From a virus (Duplodnaviria > Caudoviricetes), in the IMG/VR virus record IMGVR_UViG_3300012974_000008, positions 4,409-68,408 of that record: a stretch of DNA of 64,000 nucleotides; one strand, written 5' to 3'. Below the pieces are notes generated by a model. The model worked only from the letters and a program-made list of their open reading frames with translations. It searched no databases and had not been told where the DNA came from. How positions within the stretch are numbered: position 1 is the first letter of the stretch; each line of letters opens with the position of its first letter. The translations under genes and the position numbers were made by a program. Below are positions 29,308-39,435 of the stretch, piece after piece.

Positions 29308-29655
29308 TCAGCCTTCCGTGCGGATGAGCAGAACCATGGTGCGTGCGACATTTCCCGTGAGGCCGGATTTGCGTCCCAGAGGCTTTCCGTCGATGCGGTA
29401 GAAGAGTCCGTCTGGGAGCTTGATTCGATCCTGTGCCTGAAGGTCAGAACCTCTCGGCACCCATGCCTTGACGCGCACGGTGCGTTGATCTCGTAGGCGT
29501 TCGCCGGCGGCTTCGGTCTGGGTGTCGTCGTAACTGATTACGACGTCCTGAATCGTGTGCGACAGCTCTCGCTCTCGCTCACCCTTGGCGTGGCCACCGT
29601 GCTTTACGCGGCCAGTGGTCGTTTCGCGGTAGATTTCGATTTCTTCGCCGTACAT
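29308..29655 (-). CDS. Head-to-tail stopper
   Basis: DLQAQDRIKLPDGLFYRIDGKP pattern; position. Confidence 0.75.
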   Translation of the reverse strand: MYGEEIEIYRETTTGRVKHGGHAKGERERELSHTIQDVVISYDDTQTEAAGERLRDQRTVRVKAWVPRGSDLQAQDRIKLPDGLFYRIDGKPLGRKSGLTGNVARTMVLLIRTEG

Positions 29656-30038
29656 CAGACGTCGCGTCCTGCGAAGGGGGCCGGTGCGACCCCTAGCATG
29701 CCGACCCGCCGGCGTCCTTCGCGGAATCGGGCCAGCTCGCGCATGGTGAAATGCAGTGTGCCGCTGGTGTCGACGCTTCCGCTTTGGAGCACGACCGACT
29801 GTTCCTCGATCTGTTCCCGGACAACGCCTCGTGGGTTGTTGTAATACCGGATGACCGCGGCGGCGACCGTGCGCTTGATGCGCTTGATCTCCTTGTCGGT
29901 GGCCGAGGTTTCCAGTCGTGGAAAGTACTCGAACAGAAGGTCTTCGGCGTCGTCGATCTGCTTCTCAACCCACTCTGTGGGTAGGGTGCCGTTCAGGTAG
30001 CGTTCCTGCACGTCCGATGGTTCGACGTAGATCGCCAT
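29655..30038 (-). CDS. Head-to-tail adaptor
   Basis: MAIYVEPSDVQERY..AVIRYYNNPRGVVREQI. Confidence 0.8.
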   Translation of the reverse strand: MAIYVEPSDVQERYLNGTLPTEWVEKQIDDAEDLLFEYFPRLETSATDKEIKRIKRTVAAAVIRYYNNPRGVVREQIEEQSVVLQSGSVDTSGTLHFTMRELARFREGRRRVGMLGVAPAPFAGRDV

Positions 30039-30298
30039 CAGGATTCCTTGCTTGCAGCCCTCGTTCGCGGAGCGCGCTTCGGCTTCGTGGGGGCCTTGGC
30101 GGGCTCGGGTTCCGGCTCGGGCTCGGGCTTGGGTTCCGGCTCGACCTCGGGCTTGGGTTCCGGCTCGGGCGCCTCGTCCCACAGGCTGGGGTTCTTCGCC
30201 AGCACTTCTAGTGCCCAGTCGGGGATCTCATCCCCTGGGCGGACCCACTGAGCCTGCCCTTTCGGGCCCTTGGCGTAGACGTTCTTGATCAGATTCAT
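30038..30298 (-). CDS. Small virion-module protein with Glu-Pro repeat
   Basis: PGDEIPDWA..NPSLW followed by (EP)n linker. Confidence 0.7.
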   Translation of the reverse strand: MNLIKNVYAKGPKGQAQWVRPGDEIPDWALEVLAKNPSLWDEAPEPEPKPEVEPEPKPEPEPEPEPAKAPTKPKRAPRTRAASKES

Positions 30299-30324
30299 AT
30301 TGATGCTCTCCCCGTTGGCGTGGG

Positions 30325-30358
30325 GCCACCCAGGGCTGATTAACCAGCCCTGGGTGGC
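30325..30358. terminator. 14-bp hairpin after major capsid gene
   Basis: GCCACCCAGGGCTG-ATTAAC-CAGCCCTGGGTGGC. Confidence 0.65.
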
Positions 30359-30369
30359 GATGGCGGTGG

Positions 30370-31401
30370 TCAGCCGTTGACGTCGGCGACCATCAGCGCC
30401 TTGGGGTTGTTGAGGATCGGGAGGTTGATCGAGTCAACCAGCGCAGCCTCCTGGAAGGGCGGGCCCGACTTGATGACCACACCGACCAGGCCGGGCATGT
30501 CCGAGAAGGACGAGTCGGTCTGCGCGGCGTTGAGCAGCTCCATGGCGGTGGCCGAGACACCCCAGTAGGTGTTGCCCAGGTCTGCGTAGTTCTGGGGGAC
30601 GAAGACGACCTTGCCCTCCGGGATGACGCGCTGGCCGTTGATCATCTGGTCGTAGACCGCGACGATCGGGGGCAGGTCGAAGGCCGAGAGGGCTGCGTTG
30701 ACAACCTCATTCGACACGAACCGCGGTCCGTTGCCGACGTCGAGACCGGCCGCGGCGCGGATCTCCTTGCTCGCGCGGAGCGCACCCATGGTCTTGCGGG
30801 AGACGATCTGACCACCCGGGGCCTGGCCGTAGCTGTTGGCGTAGACCTCGGTCCAGGCCAGCTCGTCCTCGATCGGGCGTGCGTCCTCGGCATTGGCCCA
30901 GGGGGTGTCAGCGGCGACGAAGTGAGAAGCCGGGACACCGAAGTCGGCCTCGGTGAAGACGCCATTCTCGGCGACCGTCACACGGCCGGTGCTCAGGAGC
31001 TTTCCGCGGTAGACCTCGACGGCGTTGCGGATGTTGATCACGATCTTCTCGAGGTCGTTGTAGATCGCCTCGACGATCGCAGCATCCGAGCCGCCGCTCT
31101 GGCGAACCTTCTCGAGCTGCAGGCGTTCGTATTCGCCCTTGCCGCCCTGGAGGCTCATCGGCAGCATCTCGATCTGGCGGACCGAGAAGCCATCCCGCTT
31201 GATACGCGGGATGTTGCCGTCGTACGACCGGTAAGGCGCGGTCGAGCTGGTCAGTTCGACGTCGGTGACCTCGACACGGGTGTCTTCGATCGGCTTGTCC
31301 GGCAGGAACTGGGAGAGGATGTTGCCGGCGGGGTCGGGAACCCGGCGGACGAACGCGGTGGCCGCATCCGGGTGCACCGGCGCATTGAGAATGTTGGTCA
31401 T
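30370..31401 (-). CDS. Major capsid protein (lambda gpE-like family)
   Basis: 343 aa; LSQFLP, PYRSYDG, LSTGRVTV, KVVFVP; follows decoration and scaffold genes. Confidence 0.9.
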   Translation of the reverse strand: MTNILNAPVHPDAATAFVRRVPDPAGNILSQFLPDKPIEDTRVEVTDVELTSSTAPYRSYDGNIPRIKRDGFSVRQIEMLPMSLQGGKGEYERLQLEKVRQSGGSDAAIVEAIYNDLEKIVINIRNAVEVYRGKLLSTGRVTVAENGVFTEADFGVPASHFVAADTPWANAEDARPIEDELAWTEVYANSYGQAPGGQIVSRKTMGALRASKEIRAAAGLDVGNGPRFVSNEVVNAALSAFDLPPIVAVYDQMINGQRVIPEGKVVFVPQNYADLGNTYWGVSATAMELLNAAQTDSSFSDMPGLVGVVIKSGPPFQEAALVDSINLPILNNPKALMVADVNG

Positions 31402-31437
31402 TGGTGACTACTTTCTAAGTGGTGGGTAGACGCCGGA

Positions 31438-31836
31438 TCAGAAGAACTTGAACCAGGCGGCGAGGTCGGCCTTGCCGGCGTCGTCGATCGGCCGCGGCAG
31501 CTCGTCCTCCTGGATGGCGCCCGGGCCGTACCACAGGGCCACGACGCTCTCACCCTGGCCGTCGACCACGTCGGTGTGGGCCCAGAGGAACCCGGCGCAG
31601 GTCTCACGACCGTCATCGGCGGTGGCGTCATAAGGCCCGTAGCGGCCGGTGGCGGTGATCTTGCCCAGCGGTTCGCCCGAGCGGACGAACCCGTCGGCGA
31701 AGTGGGTGCCACGGGTGAACTTGCTCAGGTCGAGGGTGACCGATGCACGACCGGGCTGGAGGCTGATGTCGGCGTAGACCCAGGCCTTGTGGTCGGACTT
31801 GACGACCCGGGTGACGCGAGGTGCAATGGAAGTCAT
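31438..31836 (-). CDS. Capsid decoration protein (gpD-like)
   Basis: GFVRSGEPLGKITATGRYGPYD..ADDGRE..GFL. Confidence 0.8.
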   Translation of the reverse strand: MTSIAPRVTRVVKSDHKAWVYADISLQPGRASVTLDLSKFTRGTHFADGFVRSGEPLGKITATGRYGPYDATADDGRETCAGFLWAHTDVVDGQGESVVALWYGPGAIQEDELPRPIDDAGKADLAAWFKFF

Positions 31837-31848
31837 AGGATTTGGTCC

Positions 31849-32694
31849 TTAGTTGGTGTTGGTGCCGTAGCGACGGGCGGCGATCTCGGCGCCCTGCTTG
31901 GCGTGGTCAACGCGCTCCTTGCGGCGGTTCTGGAACTGGCCGACATTGGGGAACTGGTGCTGCTGGTTGCCCTGCGCCGGCGGTGGGGTGCCGTAGATGG
32001 CCTCGAGGTAGGCCGAAACCTTCTCGCCGTCGACCATCTGGGTTTCGGCGTCGACGAAGTTTTTGATCGCGATCCCGTTGATCCAGGTGTTCAGCGCGGC
32101 TTCGTCCTTGATGTAGACGTGTGCGAACCCGCGGAGCTGGGTTTCGTGCAGGCGCGGCAGGTAGAACTCGCGTGCTGCCTGCTCACCCTCCTGGCGCGCG
32201 GCCTCGACGGCCTCGGCGAGGCGCTTCTCGTCTTCGGTCTGGGTCTTGCCACGGAGCTCAGCGAGCTCTGCCTCGAGCTTCTGGATTTCCTCGGGGGACT
32301 TGGTCTTCTTGAGCTCGTTTTCCTTCTTGCGCGACTGACGCTTCCAGTACGCAACCTGCTCCTGGATCGACATCTCTGCGATCGGAGTCTCGGCGGGGTA
32401 CCCGAGGCTCTTGCCTTCGTGGTCGACCGCCCAGGGCTTGCCGTTGGAGGTCTCGGTCTCCGACGAGTCATTCGGATCGTCATCCCCACCCTGATTCGGA
32501 TCCCCGCCCGGGTTGGGGTCGCCACCCGCATTGGGGTCGCCACCCGCATTGGGGTCGCCGCCCGGGTTCGGGTTCGGATCGTCGTTTTCGGGGGAACCGC
32601 CCAGTGCGGGCCAGATGGGACCGCGCTTACCGATGCCGAGGGCCCGGAGGCCGGTTACGGGATGGATGGGCAGGTGCGAAGCCGAGAAAGTCAT
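31849..32694 (-). CDS. Scaffolding protein
   Basis: GGDPN repeats, AYWKRQSRKKE, coiled coil; position. Confidence 0.8.
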   Translation of the reverse strand: MTFSASHLPIHPVTGLRALGIGKRGPIWPALGGSPENDDPNPNPGGDPNAGGDPNAGGDPNPGGDPNQGGDDDPNDSSETETSNGKPWAVDHEGKSLGYPAETPIAEMSIQEQVAYWKRQSRKKENELKKTKSPEEIQKLEAELAELRGKTQTEDEKRLAEAVEAARQEGEQAAREFYLPRLHETQLRGFAHVYIKDEAALNTWINGIAIKNFVDAETQMVDGEKVSAYLEAIYGTPPPAQGNQQHQFPNVGQFQNRRKERVDHAKQGAEIAARRYGTNTN

Positions 32695-32752
32695 GCGGTG
32701 TTACTCCCCTGTCGGGATGGTTGTATGTGAATTCGCTCTTGACAGAGCTGGT

Positions 32753-33676
32753 TTAGGCAGCAGCTGCCAGATCGGCAGGGCTGTTCTGATTGAAGTGAAT
32801 GATTCCGCCGACACCGGACTCCGGGACAAGAATGGGTCCAAGCTCGCCGTGTTGTTCGACCTTGTATTTCAGTGTGAGTAGGTATTCCGCAGCAGTCTTG
32901 CCATCGGGGCCATAAAGCGACTTCAGGTCGTCCTCGTTGAGTGACAAACCAGGATCGCTAGACGAGGTCACAGGCAGAATTGTGCAGTTGCACCAATCAT
33001 GAAGGGGCTGCAGATCTTCGACCGTGTAGAGACGGTCGGCCGCGGCGATACACAAGCCGCAGACAATCCCAGACTTTGAACGTTCGGGATGAATGATCCG
33101 GCGGTAACCGATCGGCTTGTTCTTTGACTTCGAGCGAGTCGATGTGGCCTGTATGACTTGCGTCTCGGCCTCTCGCTGTGCCAATGCCAGATTAGTACCT
33201 ACAATAATCTTTGCACGGTTTCGAGACGCGTCAAGTGATTCCTTGTGGGACTTTCCCTCTTTGCGTAGTGCGCGGTACTGACGGGCCGGTCGATTGAACA
33301 CCTCATCGGCCGGAAGACGGTCGGAGGCACCACGATCGGTGCGCCGCGTGACCGGGCGGGCGAACTCGTAGTCCTCGGCCTCAGAGAACAGCCGAACCTC
33401 GTCAGGCACATTCGGCACGAACTCATCCATGTCCGTGATCCCCATGAGATTCAGGGCCTGCCGCTGGGTGGCGGTCGCGAGGTAGACCACCTGCTGCTGA
33501 GCGGCGACAGTGAACATCGAGGCCTGCTCGACGAACTCCTTCACCTCGGCACCGCGGTACGGATCAACCCGCGACCAGATTGAATCAACCTGGCTAACCA
33601 CGCGCTCGGTGATGCTCTCGCGCTGCCTGCTGTAGTTGTCGACCAATCTCAGGAACGGCTTGGGGTCGGTGGCCAC
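32753..33676 (-). CDS. Minor capsid / MuF-like head morphogenesis protein
   Basis: GYRRIIHPERS..CGLCIAAADRLY..PLHDWCNCTILP. Confidence 0.75.
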   Translation of the reverse strand: MATDPKPFLRLVDNYSRQRESITERVVSQVDSIWSRVDPYRGAEVKEFVEQASMFTVAAQQQVVYLATATQRQALNLMGITDMDEFVPNVPDEVRLFSEAEDYEFARPVTRRTDRGASDRLPADEVFNRPARQYRALRKEGKSHKESLDASRNRAKIIVGTNLALAQREAETQVIQATSTRSKSKNKPIGYRRIIHPERSKSGIVCGLCIAAADRLYTVEDLQPLHDWCNCTILPVTSSSDPGLSLNEDDLKSLYGPDGKTAAEYLLTLKYKVEQHGELGPILVPESGVGGIIHFNQNSPADLAAAA

Positions 33677-35286
33677 TATTCAGCTCCCGCGGTGGCCGGT
33701 TCCTGCTCGACGTCCGGCTCACTCTCTCCGGCCGACGGTGTCTGCCCGGCGGTGTCGTCTGCCCCCGCGGGCGCGTTGCCAGCGGCGGGGTCAACAGTCA
33801 TGGACTGGGCCATCATCTGCTCCTGCAGCAGCTCGGTCTCGTTCAGCCGCACCTCTTCTGGGGTCATGCCCCAGATGTTGATCAGCTGACGCTTCCGGCT
33901 CAGCACACCCGTCGTCTTCTGGATCGCGTCGGCCATGATCTGCATCGACATCCGGCTCGCGTTCGACCACGACACCCGAACCCCCACCATGCGGGGGTCA
34001 TCCTGGGCAAAGGAGAATGCGATCTGATGTAGCAGGATCAGGCCCGGGGTCATGCGCGCCTGACGGTCCTGGATCTTGTCGACGTGGGCCTTCTCCTGCA
34101 TCTCTGAGCCCTGGGCGGTCTGATTCGCTCCGTCGGGATGGAACATCGACAGAGGTGTGCGGGTGGCTGCGGCGAGCTCACGCAAATCGTCACGGTGGGC
34201 CAGCTGGATCGGCTCGAGCTGGGCCTCCGAGGACTCCCAGAACTTGACGCCTTCGGGCACAACCCACAGGGCGCCCGGGTCGGCCTCGAACAGGTTCTGC
34301 AGTTCGCCGGTGTCACCGTCGCGGAGGTCACGGATCAGCGAGTTGATCTGCTCGGGCTCGCTGAAGTCCTCACCGCCGTCGAGGTTTCCGATCACTGCGC
34401 GCTGCTTGAAGCTCTGATACCAGGCGATGACGATGCGCTGAAGTGTCTGGTCCATCAGGCGGTCCAGTACGTCCAGGTGTGGCTCGAACTCGCCCATGTT
34501 CATCTTGTTCGCGAACTTCACAACGGGTACGCCGCCGAAGGTCGCAAGCTCTGGCATGGGGGTCGTCGGGCTCTCGCCTTCCACGCCCGAGGTCCAGTCC
34601 CACTCCTCCGGGTCGAAGGAGTCACTGTAGACGCCGGGCGCGCGGCGTGCGATGTACTGCACAGCACCCCAGTACATGACGGCGACCTGCTGGTCGAGAA
34701 TCTCGTCATCCCAGACCTTCACCCAAGCCTGCAGCTTGCCCGGGCGCCGCGGATCGTCCCACCCCACGCAATTGCGTGGGTCCTCCACAACGAACATGGG
34801 TGGCGTGCCCTCGGGGCCCACCGCCGGCGACTCTGGGTCGTCGCCGAGGACCTCCTCGGGCTTCAGGACTCGCGCGTAGGCCTCGCCGAAGCAGAACAGG
34901 TGGGTCTGCAGGTCAGACAGGAAAGCGCCGAAGCCGGAAAACTCATGGATCCGCTTGGCGAAGTCATCGCCGTCGAAGTCCTTGTCGACATCGGTGGATA
35001 CCGAGTTGATTCGCGAACGGTCGACCATCGATTCAGTGATCAGCAGCGCCCAGTTGGAACGGGCCTTGCGCATCACCTGACGGAAGATGTCCTGGTAGCG
35101 ATCGGCCACCTGAGGCAACGGCGGATTGCCAATGAGGTAGTCCCACAGCAGCGTCAGTCGCTCCTGGCGCGTGGTGGGGGCATACGGCGACTGAACCCGC
35201 TCGTTCTCTTCGAGGTCTTGGTTCATACGTTCCATCAGCTTGATGAACGTGAATTCAGGGGTATCCGGCTGCGGCTCGGAATCCAT
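33676..35286 (-). CDS. Portal protein
   Basis: 536 aa after terL; ARSNWALLI, GEFEPHLDVLDR, FKQRAVIG, DPGALWVVP. Confidence 0.9.
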   Translation of the reverse strand: MDSEPQPDTPEFTFIKLMERMNQDLEENERVQSPYAPTTRQERLTLLWDYLIGNPPLPQVADRYQDIFRQVMRKARSNWALLITESMVDRSRINSVSTDVDKDFDGDDFAKRIHEFSGFGAFLSDLQTHLFCFGEAYARVLKPEEVLGDDPESPAVGPEGTPPMFVVEDPRNCVGWDDPRRPGKLQAWVKVWDDEILDQQVAVMYWGAVQYIARRAPGVYSDSFDPEEWDWTSGVEGESPTTPMPELATFGGVPVVKFANKMNMGEFEPHLDVLDRLMDQTLQRIVIAWYQSFKQRAVIGNLDGGEDFSEPEQINSLIRDLRDGDTGELQNLFEADPGALWVVPEGVKFWESSEAQLEPIQLAHRDDLRELAAATRTPLSMFHPDGANQTAQGSEMQEKAHVDKIQDRQARMTPGLILLHQIAFSFAQDDPRMVGVRVSWSNASRMSMQIMADAIQKTTGVLSRKRQLINIWGMTPEEVRLNETELLQEQMMAQSMTVDPAAGNAPAGADDTAGQTPSAGESEPDVEQEPATAGAE

Positions 35287-35295
35287 GCGTGCTCC

Positions 35296-37044
35296 TTAGC
35301 GAAGTCTGTAGGCAACCCTCTTTGGAGGGGCCATGCCCACGCCCTTGGCGACCGCATCGAGGCGAGCCTGCCAGGCGAGGATCAGCGCTATGGCAGCGTC
35401 AATCTTCTTGGGGCTGTTGGGTGTTTCTTTGCCGAGCTGGCGGCCCGCGTTGGACTCCTTGCGCCGGCAATTCAGGATGTGGCTGGTCAGCTGTGGGTCA
35501 TCGAAGTGGTAGAGCTCCTTGTTGAGCACCGCCTGCTCGAACTTGTCGATCATGTCGACGGTGCGCTTGGCGATGTTGCTGCCGGTCATCCACTTCTCGA
35601 TGGGGTGCTGCTGAGAAGCCTTGACCGGCAACGAATGACCGAACTTGGCCTCCCAGTCGGCCACCGTGGGTGTCCAGTAGGCGGGGTCGGCGTAGAAGGC
35701 CACCACGCGATAGGTTTTGAACGCGTGGCGCACCATGGCGTCCACGTCGGCGACCGGCGCCTCCCATCCGTCGTTGCCGCGGTGGTCTGGGGGTTGCTCC
35801 CAGATTCGGATCGGGAAGCAGGCTCCGTCGCGCACCCGCACCGCGACCAGTGCCGTCGAGTCGGTGACGCCTCGGGTTCGCTTGCGGGAGCCGTCGAAGC
35901 CGAGGGCGACCACGTCACCCGGCCGGATGGGCGCCGGCGTGGGGAAGTAGCCATCAGACTCTTTGTCGTCGTCAAACGCTTTGGGTCCGACAGCTTCCCA
36001 CTCCCATGGCGCCAGGAATGCTGCCTCGACGGCGAACTTGTCGTTGAACCAGTACCGGTAGGTTGCAGTGACGTCAGAACCCGACCGCAGATCCATGACC
36101 TGGTCGATCATTGACTCAAGGTCGTTCCAGCCGAGCGCCTCGTCGAAGGAGTCGATCAGGGCCTGGCGAACCTTGTCCGGGTCTCCGAGGTCGTCGGGGT
36201 CGATGTGGCCGTATCGGTGGTCGAAGAGCTGTCGGATGCGGCCCTTGAACTTGCCTTCGCGGATTGTCTGGATCGCGTCGTAGGCCTGCTCGGCGACCGA
36301 GTTCTCGCCCTGGCCGAACATGGTCGAGGTCTCGAGCATGAACGTGCCGGCGGTGCCGCGGCGCTTCTGTAGGTTACGGTCGATGACCTTGTACAGATTC
36401 TGCAGCTCTGGAGTCTTCCAGAGGTGTGTCTCGTCGAGCAGTGCGAGGGTGGTCTTGCCGCCGTCCTTCGAGTCACCACTGGCGGTCAGGGGCTTGATGA
36501 ACCCACCGCCAGGGATATTGATCCGCGTGAGGCCGACGTCGCGCTTATCGGGGAACGCCACCGACAGCGGGCCCGCGTCACAGTTCTGGTAGATGGTCGA
36601 GTAGACCTCGCCGGCCTGGCCCTCTTCGGTGGCCACACATTGCACGATCGGCGTGTTCATCTTCTTGCCGACTGGCTCACCCGGGCTGTAGTGGTAGACA
36701 TAGCCGGTTCCGTACGGGCAGACGTAGGTCTCCCCCGGCTCGGCGTAGTGATCAAACCTCGACGGGCCCAGTGCATCGAAAAGGCCGACGAAGGCGGCGA
36801 TCTCAGACTTGCCCCACCCCTTCGCGCGAGACAGGAACGACGACGTGTGCAGCAGCTTGCCGTCCTCGCCGATCGAGTACGCCATCACGATGAAGCGCGC
36901 GTAGTCGTCGATGAGATGCTCCACCGGTTGCCCGATAACGTCGCCGTTGCCGCGGATACACAGCTGCTCGATCCAGTCGACAGCGAGCCAGCCCAGGGAC
37001 CGGTCGAGGTCCATCTGGTCGTTATGGAAGATCTCGTGCGGCAT
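35296..37044 (-). CDS. terL: Terminase large subunit
   Basis: RAKGWGKSE Walker A, ALLDETH Walker B, GFDGS nuclease, KIDAAIA. Confidence 0.95.
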   Translation of the reverse strand: MPHEIFHNDQMDLDRSLGWLAVDWIEQLCIRGNGDVIGQPVEHLIDDYARFIVMAYSIGEDGKLLHTSSFLSRAKGWGKSEIAAFVGLFDALGPSRFDHYAEPGETYVCPYGTGYVYHYSPGEPVGKKMNTPIVQCVATEEGQAGEVYSTIYQNCDAGPLSVAFPDKRDVGLTRINIPGGGFIKPLTASGDSKDGGKTTLALLDETHLWKTPELQNLYKVIDRNLQKRRGTAGTFMLETSTMFGQGENSVAEQAYDAIQTIREGKFKGRIRQLFDHRYGHIDPDDLGDPDKVRQALIDSFDEALGWNDLESMIDQVMDLRSGSDVTATYRYWFNDKFAVEAAFLAPWEWEAVGPKAFDDDKESDGYFPTPAPIRPGDVVALGFDGSRKRTRGVTDSTALVAVRVRDGACFPIRIWEQPPDHRGNDGWEAPVADVDAMVRHAFKTYRVVAFYADPAYWTPTVADWEAKFGHSLPVKASQQHPIEKWMTGSNIAKRTVDMIDKFEQAVLNKELYHFDDPQLTSHILNCRRKESNAGRQLGKETPNSPKKIDAAIALILAWQARLDAVAKGVGMAPPKRVAYRLR

Positions 37045-37517
37045 CAGTCACCGTCCGAGGTCGGCACTGTGAGCCGCTTCTTCCTCGCTTCCAGGTCGAC
37101 TACCTTGGCCTTTGTCGCACCCTCGAGTTCTTCCTCGACAGGGTCTGATTCCTTGAACTTCATGCGGGCCTTGGCCATGTCGGCCTGGGTGAGGTTGAGG
37201 CCGACGTTGAGAATCTGCAGAAGGCTCTTCAGCTTCTCGGCCGAGGGCTTCTCGAGGTACGCCTCGAGCGCCGGCAGCGACATCCAGATGTTGATCCACT
37301 CGCCCTCATGCCATGTCCTGGACTGAGGAAGCGACATCAGGATGTCGTAGAAGATCTTGGCACGTTCGGACGGCTCGAAGATCTCCGGGATCGGCGGGTA
37401 CTCCCACTCGTGCGGAGTCGGATCGATTGCGGCCCAGTCCTGCTGGTCCAGATTCGGATCCTTGTTGCGTCGAACAGCCTTGCCAGTGGGAGGTGGGCCG
37501 GGCTTTTGGGCAGCCAT
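37044..37517 (-). CDS. terS: Terminase small subunit
   Basis: MAAQKPGPPP..AVRRN; upstream of terL with TGATG overlap. Confidence 0.8.
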   Translation of the reverse strand: MAAQKPGPPPTGKAVRRNKDPNLDQQDWAAIDPTPHEWEYPPIPEIFEPSERAKIFYDILMSLPQSRTWHEGEWINIWMSLPALEAYLEKPSAEKLKSLLQILNVGLNLTQADMAKARMKFKESDPVEEELEGATKAKVVDLEARKKRLTVPTSDGD

Positions 37518-37648
37518 ATCAACCACCCCCAGGTATGACAAAATCACGCATGAGGCATGCGTGAACAATTCGAGACATATTTGCGCTCCCTGTCGGAACA
37601 ATGAAAGATGCGCGTGATCCATGTCGGATCTGAAGCGCGGAAGAAATG

Positions 37649-37723
37649 TGCCCCCGGAAGGATTTGAACCTGCGACCCGCGAGTTAAGAGCTCGCTGCTC
37701 TGGCCAGACTGAGCTACAGGGGC
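37649..37723 (-). tRNA. tRNA-Lys(CTT)
   Basis: Cloverleaf; GCGAG-CT CTT AA-CTCGC; no encoded CCA. Confidence 0.9.
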
Positions 37724-37956
37724 GTGGCCACAGAAATCGTCAGTCATATCGCGACTCTGGGCTGACGACATTCGAGGGATGTGCACTCACTCGAATTGGC
37801 TCCGCTGCGGATCCGGGCTCATTCTGGCACGGATTGGTTTGGGTTAGTTCGTAGGACTCGATAACCGAGGATGCCGTGCACACCCCTTATACATTTATTC
37901 TAAGTGCCGGCTAGGATGCTTCAAGTCATTCACCTTGCTGCAGCCCGATCAAGCCG

Positions 37957-38199
37957 TCACGCTTGATCATTCAGGTCGATGACCTCATACTCCGCGTCGC
38001 TGAGCAGAGCATCGTCATGCGCCTTGCTGACCAGGCGCATCTTCTCTTCGTAGGTCAGATCAGCCTCGCCGCGGGCATCCTCCCAGTACACGTCGTAGCC
38101 GAACTCGCCGGCGGGGGTGAGATACCGGACAACCGTCAGACGAGTCACCTCGAAAGTATCTACGTAACCATCGTCTTCGCTGAACTCGCGGACGGGCAT
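37957..38199 (-). CDS. Hypothetical acidic protein (80 aa)
   Basis: GGAGG RBS; ORF inside tRNA array. Confidence 0.6.
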   Translation of the reverse strand: MPVREFSEDDGYVDTFEVTRLTVVRYLTPAGEFGYDVYWEDARGEADLTYEEKMRLVSKAHDDALLSDAEYEVIDLNDQA

Positions 38200-38276
38200 T
38201 CAGACCTCCATCGGAGAAACACCAATAGGACACCCGTTGATTCGAGTGTCCTGAAAAGGTCTGATGAGGAGAATAA

Positions 38277-38352
38277 TGGCTCCGGTAGAAGGGGTCGAAC
38301 CTTCAACCTCTCGGTTAACAGCCGAGTGCTCTGCCAATTGAGCTATACCGGA
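38277..38352 (-). tRNA. tRNA-Asn(GTT)
   Basis: CTCGG-CT GTT AA-CCGAG; ends GCCA. Confidence 0.95.
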
Positions 38353-38353
38353 A

Positions 38354-38431
38354 TGGCCGACGCGGCAGGGATTGAACCTGCGACCTCCCGGGTTTCAACC
38401 GGGCGCTCTCACCAATCTGAGCTACACGCCA
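38354..38431 (-). tRNA. tRNA-Phe(GAA)
   Basis: CCCGG-TT GAA AC-CCGGG; ends GCCA; acceptor stem has 3 G-U pairs. Confidence 0.9.
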
Positions 38432-38507
38432 ATGTGGGGCAGTTTTGATGACATGCCCAGGTCGACCGCCAACCTCAATGCAGGAGGCCGGCACCGGCTG
38501 CATCCGG

Positions 38508-38729
38508 TTAGATCCGGCGCTGGTGGCGTGTCTTGCCGGTATCGAGCTTCCCGATACGCTGCAAGAACTGACGCTTTGTGACGCGCGGTGGGCAGAATTC
38601 CGACGGATGTTCTGCCTGGCGGCGCTTCTTTGCACACTCACCCAGCTTGGCGCCATGATGCGGACAGTGGTCCTTCACCATGGACATGAGCGTGACGTCC
38701 CCATTCGGGGCTGAGCATGGTCCTGGCAT
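38508..38729 (-). CDS. Small Cys/His-rich basic protein (73 aa)
   Basis: Very strong SD AAGGAGGTGAT upstream of ATG. Confidence 0.55.
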   Translation of the reverse strand: MPGPCSAPNGDVTLMSMVKDHCPHHGAKLGECAKKRRQAEHPSEFCPPRVTKRQFLQRIGKLDTGKTRHQRRI

Positions 38730-38842
38730 AAGCCAATCACCTCCTTCCCTACGAGTCGCGTAGGGAAGTCAGGTGGTGTCGAGGAACGGCATGTTCACCT
38801 TTCGTGCTGTTCAATGTGATTGAACACCTTGGATATTGAACG

Positions 38843-38925
38843 CGGAGAGCAGAGGAGTTGAACCCCCGGAATGATTACCGTATAGCGGCGTTCGAAACCG
38901 CGTGCCCACCGTGGGCATACTCTCC
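38843..38925 (-). tRNA. tRNA-Ser(CGA)
   Basis: GCGGT-TT CGA AC-GCCGC, long variable region, G73; no CCA. Confidence 0.85.
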
Positions 38926-39208
38926 TGGCACCACCCTTCACCTCTCGGTGCTGGCGGGGCTTCCCCCTTGCATATCGCGCGCGCGAACGGCCAGTTTTGG
39001 TAAGGCAGGTAGTTCGGTGGTGAACCTGCCGCCGAGGTCCGACCGACTTAACGGGAGAGGTGGCAGCACCTCGGGACCTCGGCAAGCGAGCGTCCCCACG
39101 ACCCCGGAATCGTGTGATCTGGTTCCACCTGATCAGGATGGCCTAGACTCATACCTTGAGCCACGGTGATCAGAGAACGGGTGCGGCATCAGAGGGCAGG
39201 GACTTGCG

Positions 39209-39290
39209 TGTGGGTGGCAGGGATCGAACCTGCCTGCGTAGAACGCCACGGAGTTACAGCCCGCTGCCCCGCCATTGGAGCATCACCCAC
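39209..39290 (-). tRNA. tRNA-Tyr(GTA)
   Basis: GCGGG-CT GTA AC-TCCGT, long variable arm; no CCA. Confidence 0.9.
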
Positions 39291-39357
39291 GTATTGCCCG
39301 GTTTGCAGTGTCATTGGGAGTCAACTTGAAACCGGAGCCAAAAACATCGACACCTCG

Positions 39358-39430
39358 CACGGACCGAGAGACTCGAACTCCCAACCGGCGGCTTTGGAGA
39401 CCGCTGCTCTCCCAGTTGAGCTAGATCCGC
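39358..39430 (-). tRNA. tRNA-Trp(CCA)
   Basis: GCGGT-CT CCA AA-GCCGC; G73; no CCA tail. Confidence 0.92.
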
Positions 39431-39435
39431 TTACG

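Noticed and set aside
34138-36114. 658-aa plus-strand ORF
   Set aside because: Antisense shadow of portal and terminase.
35296-37044. Intein or intron in terminase, portal or capsid
   Set aside because: Lengths are normal, frames are uninterrupted, and no intein splice motifs are visible.
38261-38290. CTGATGAG hammerhead-like core (also CTGACGAG in the aberrant tRNA)
   Set aside because: No GAAA after a stem II and no stem I/III arrangement.
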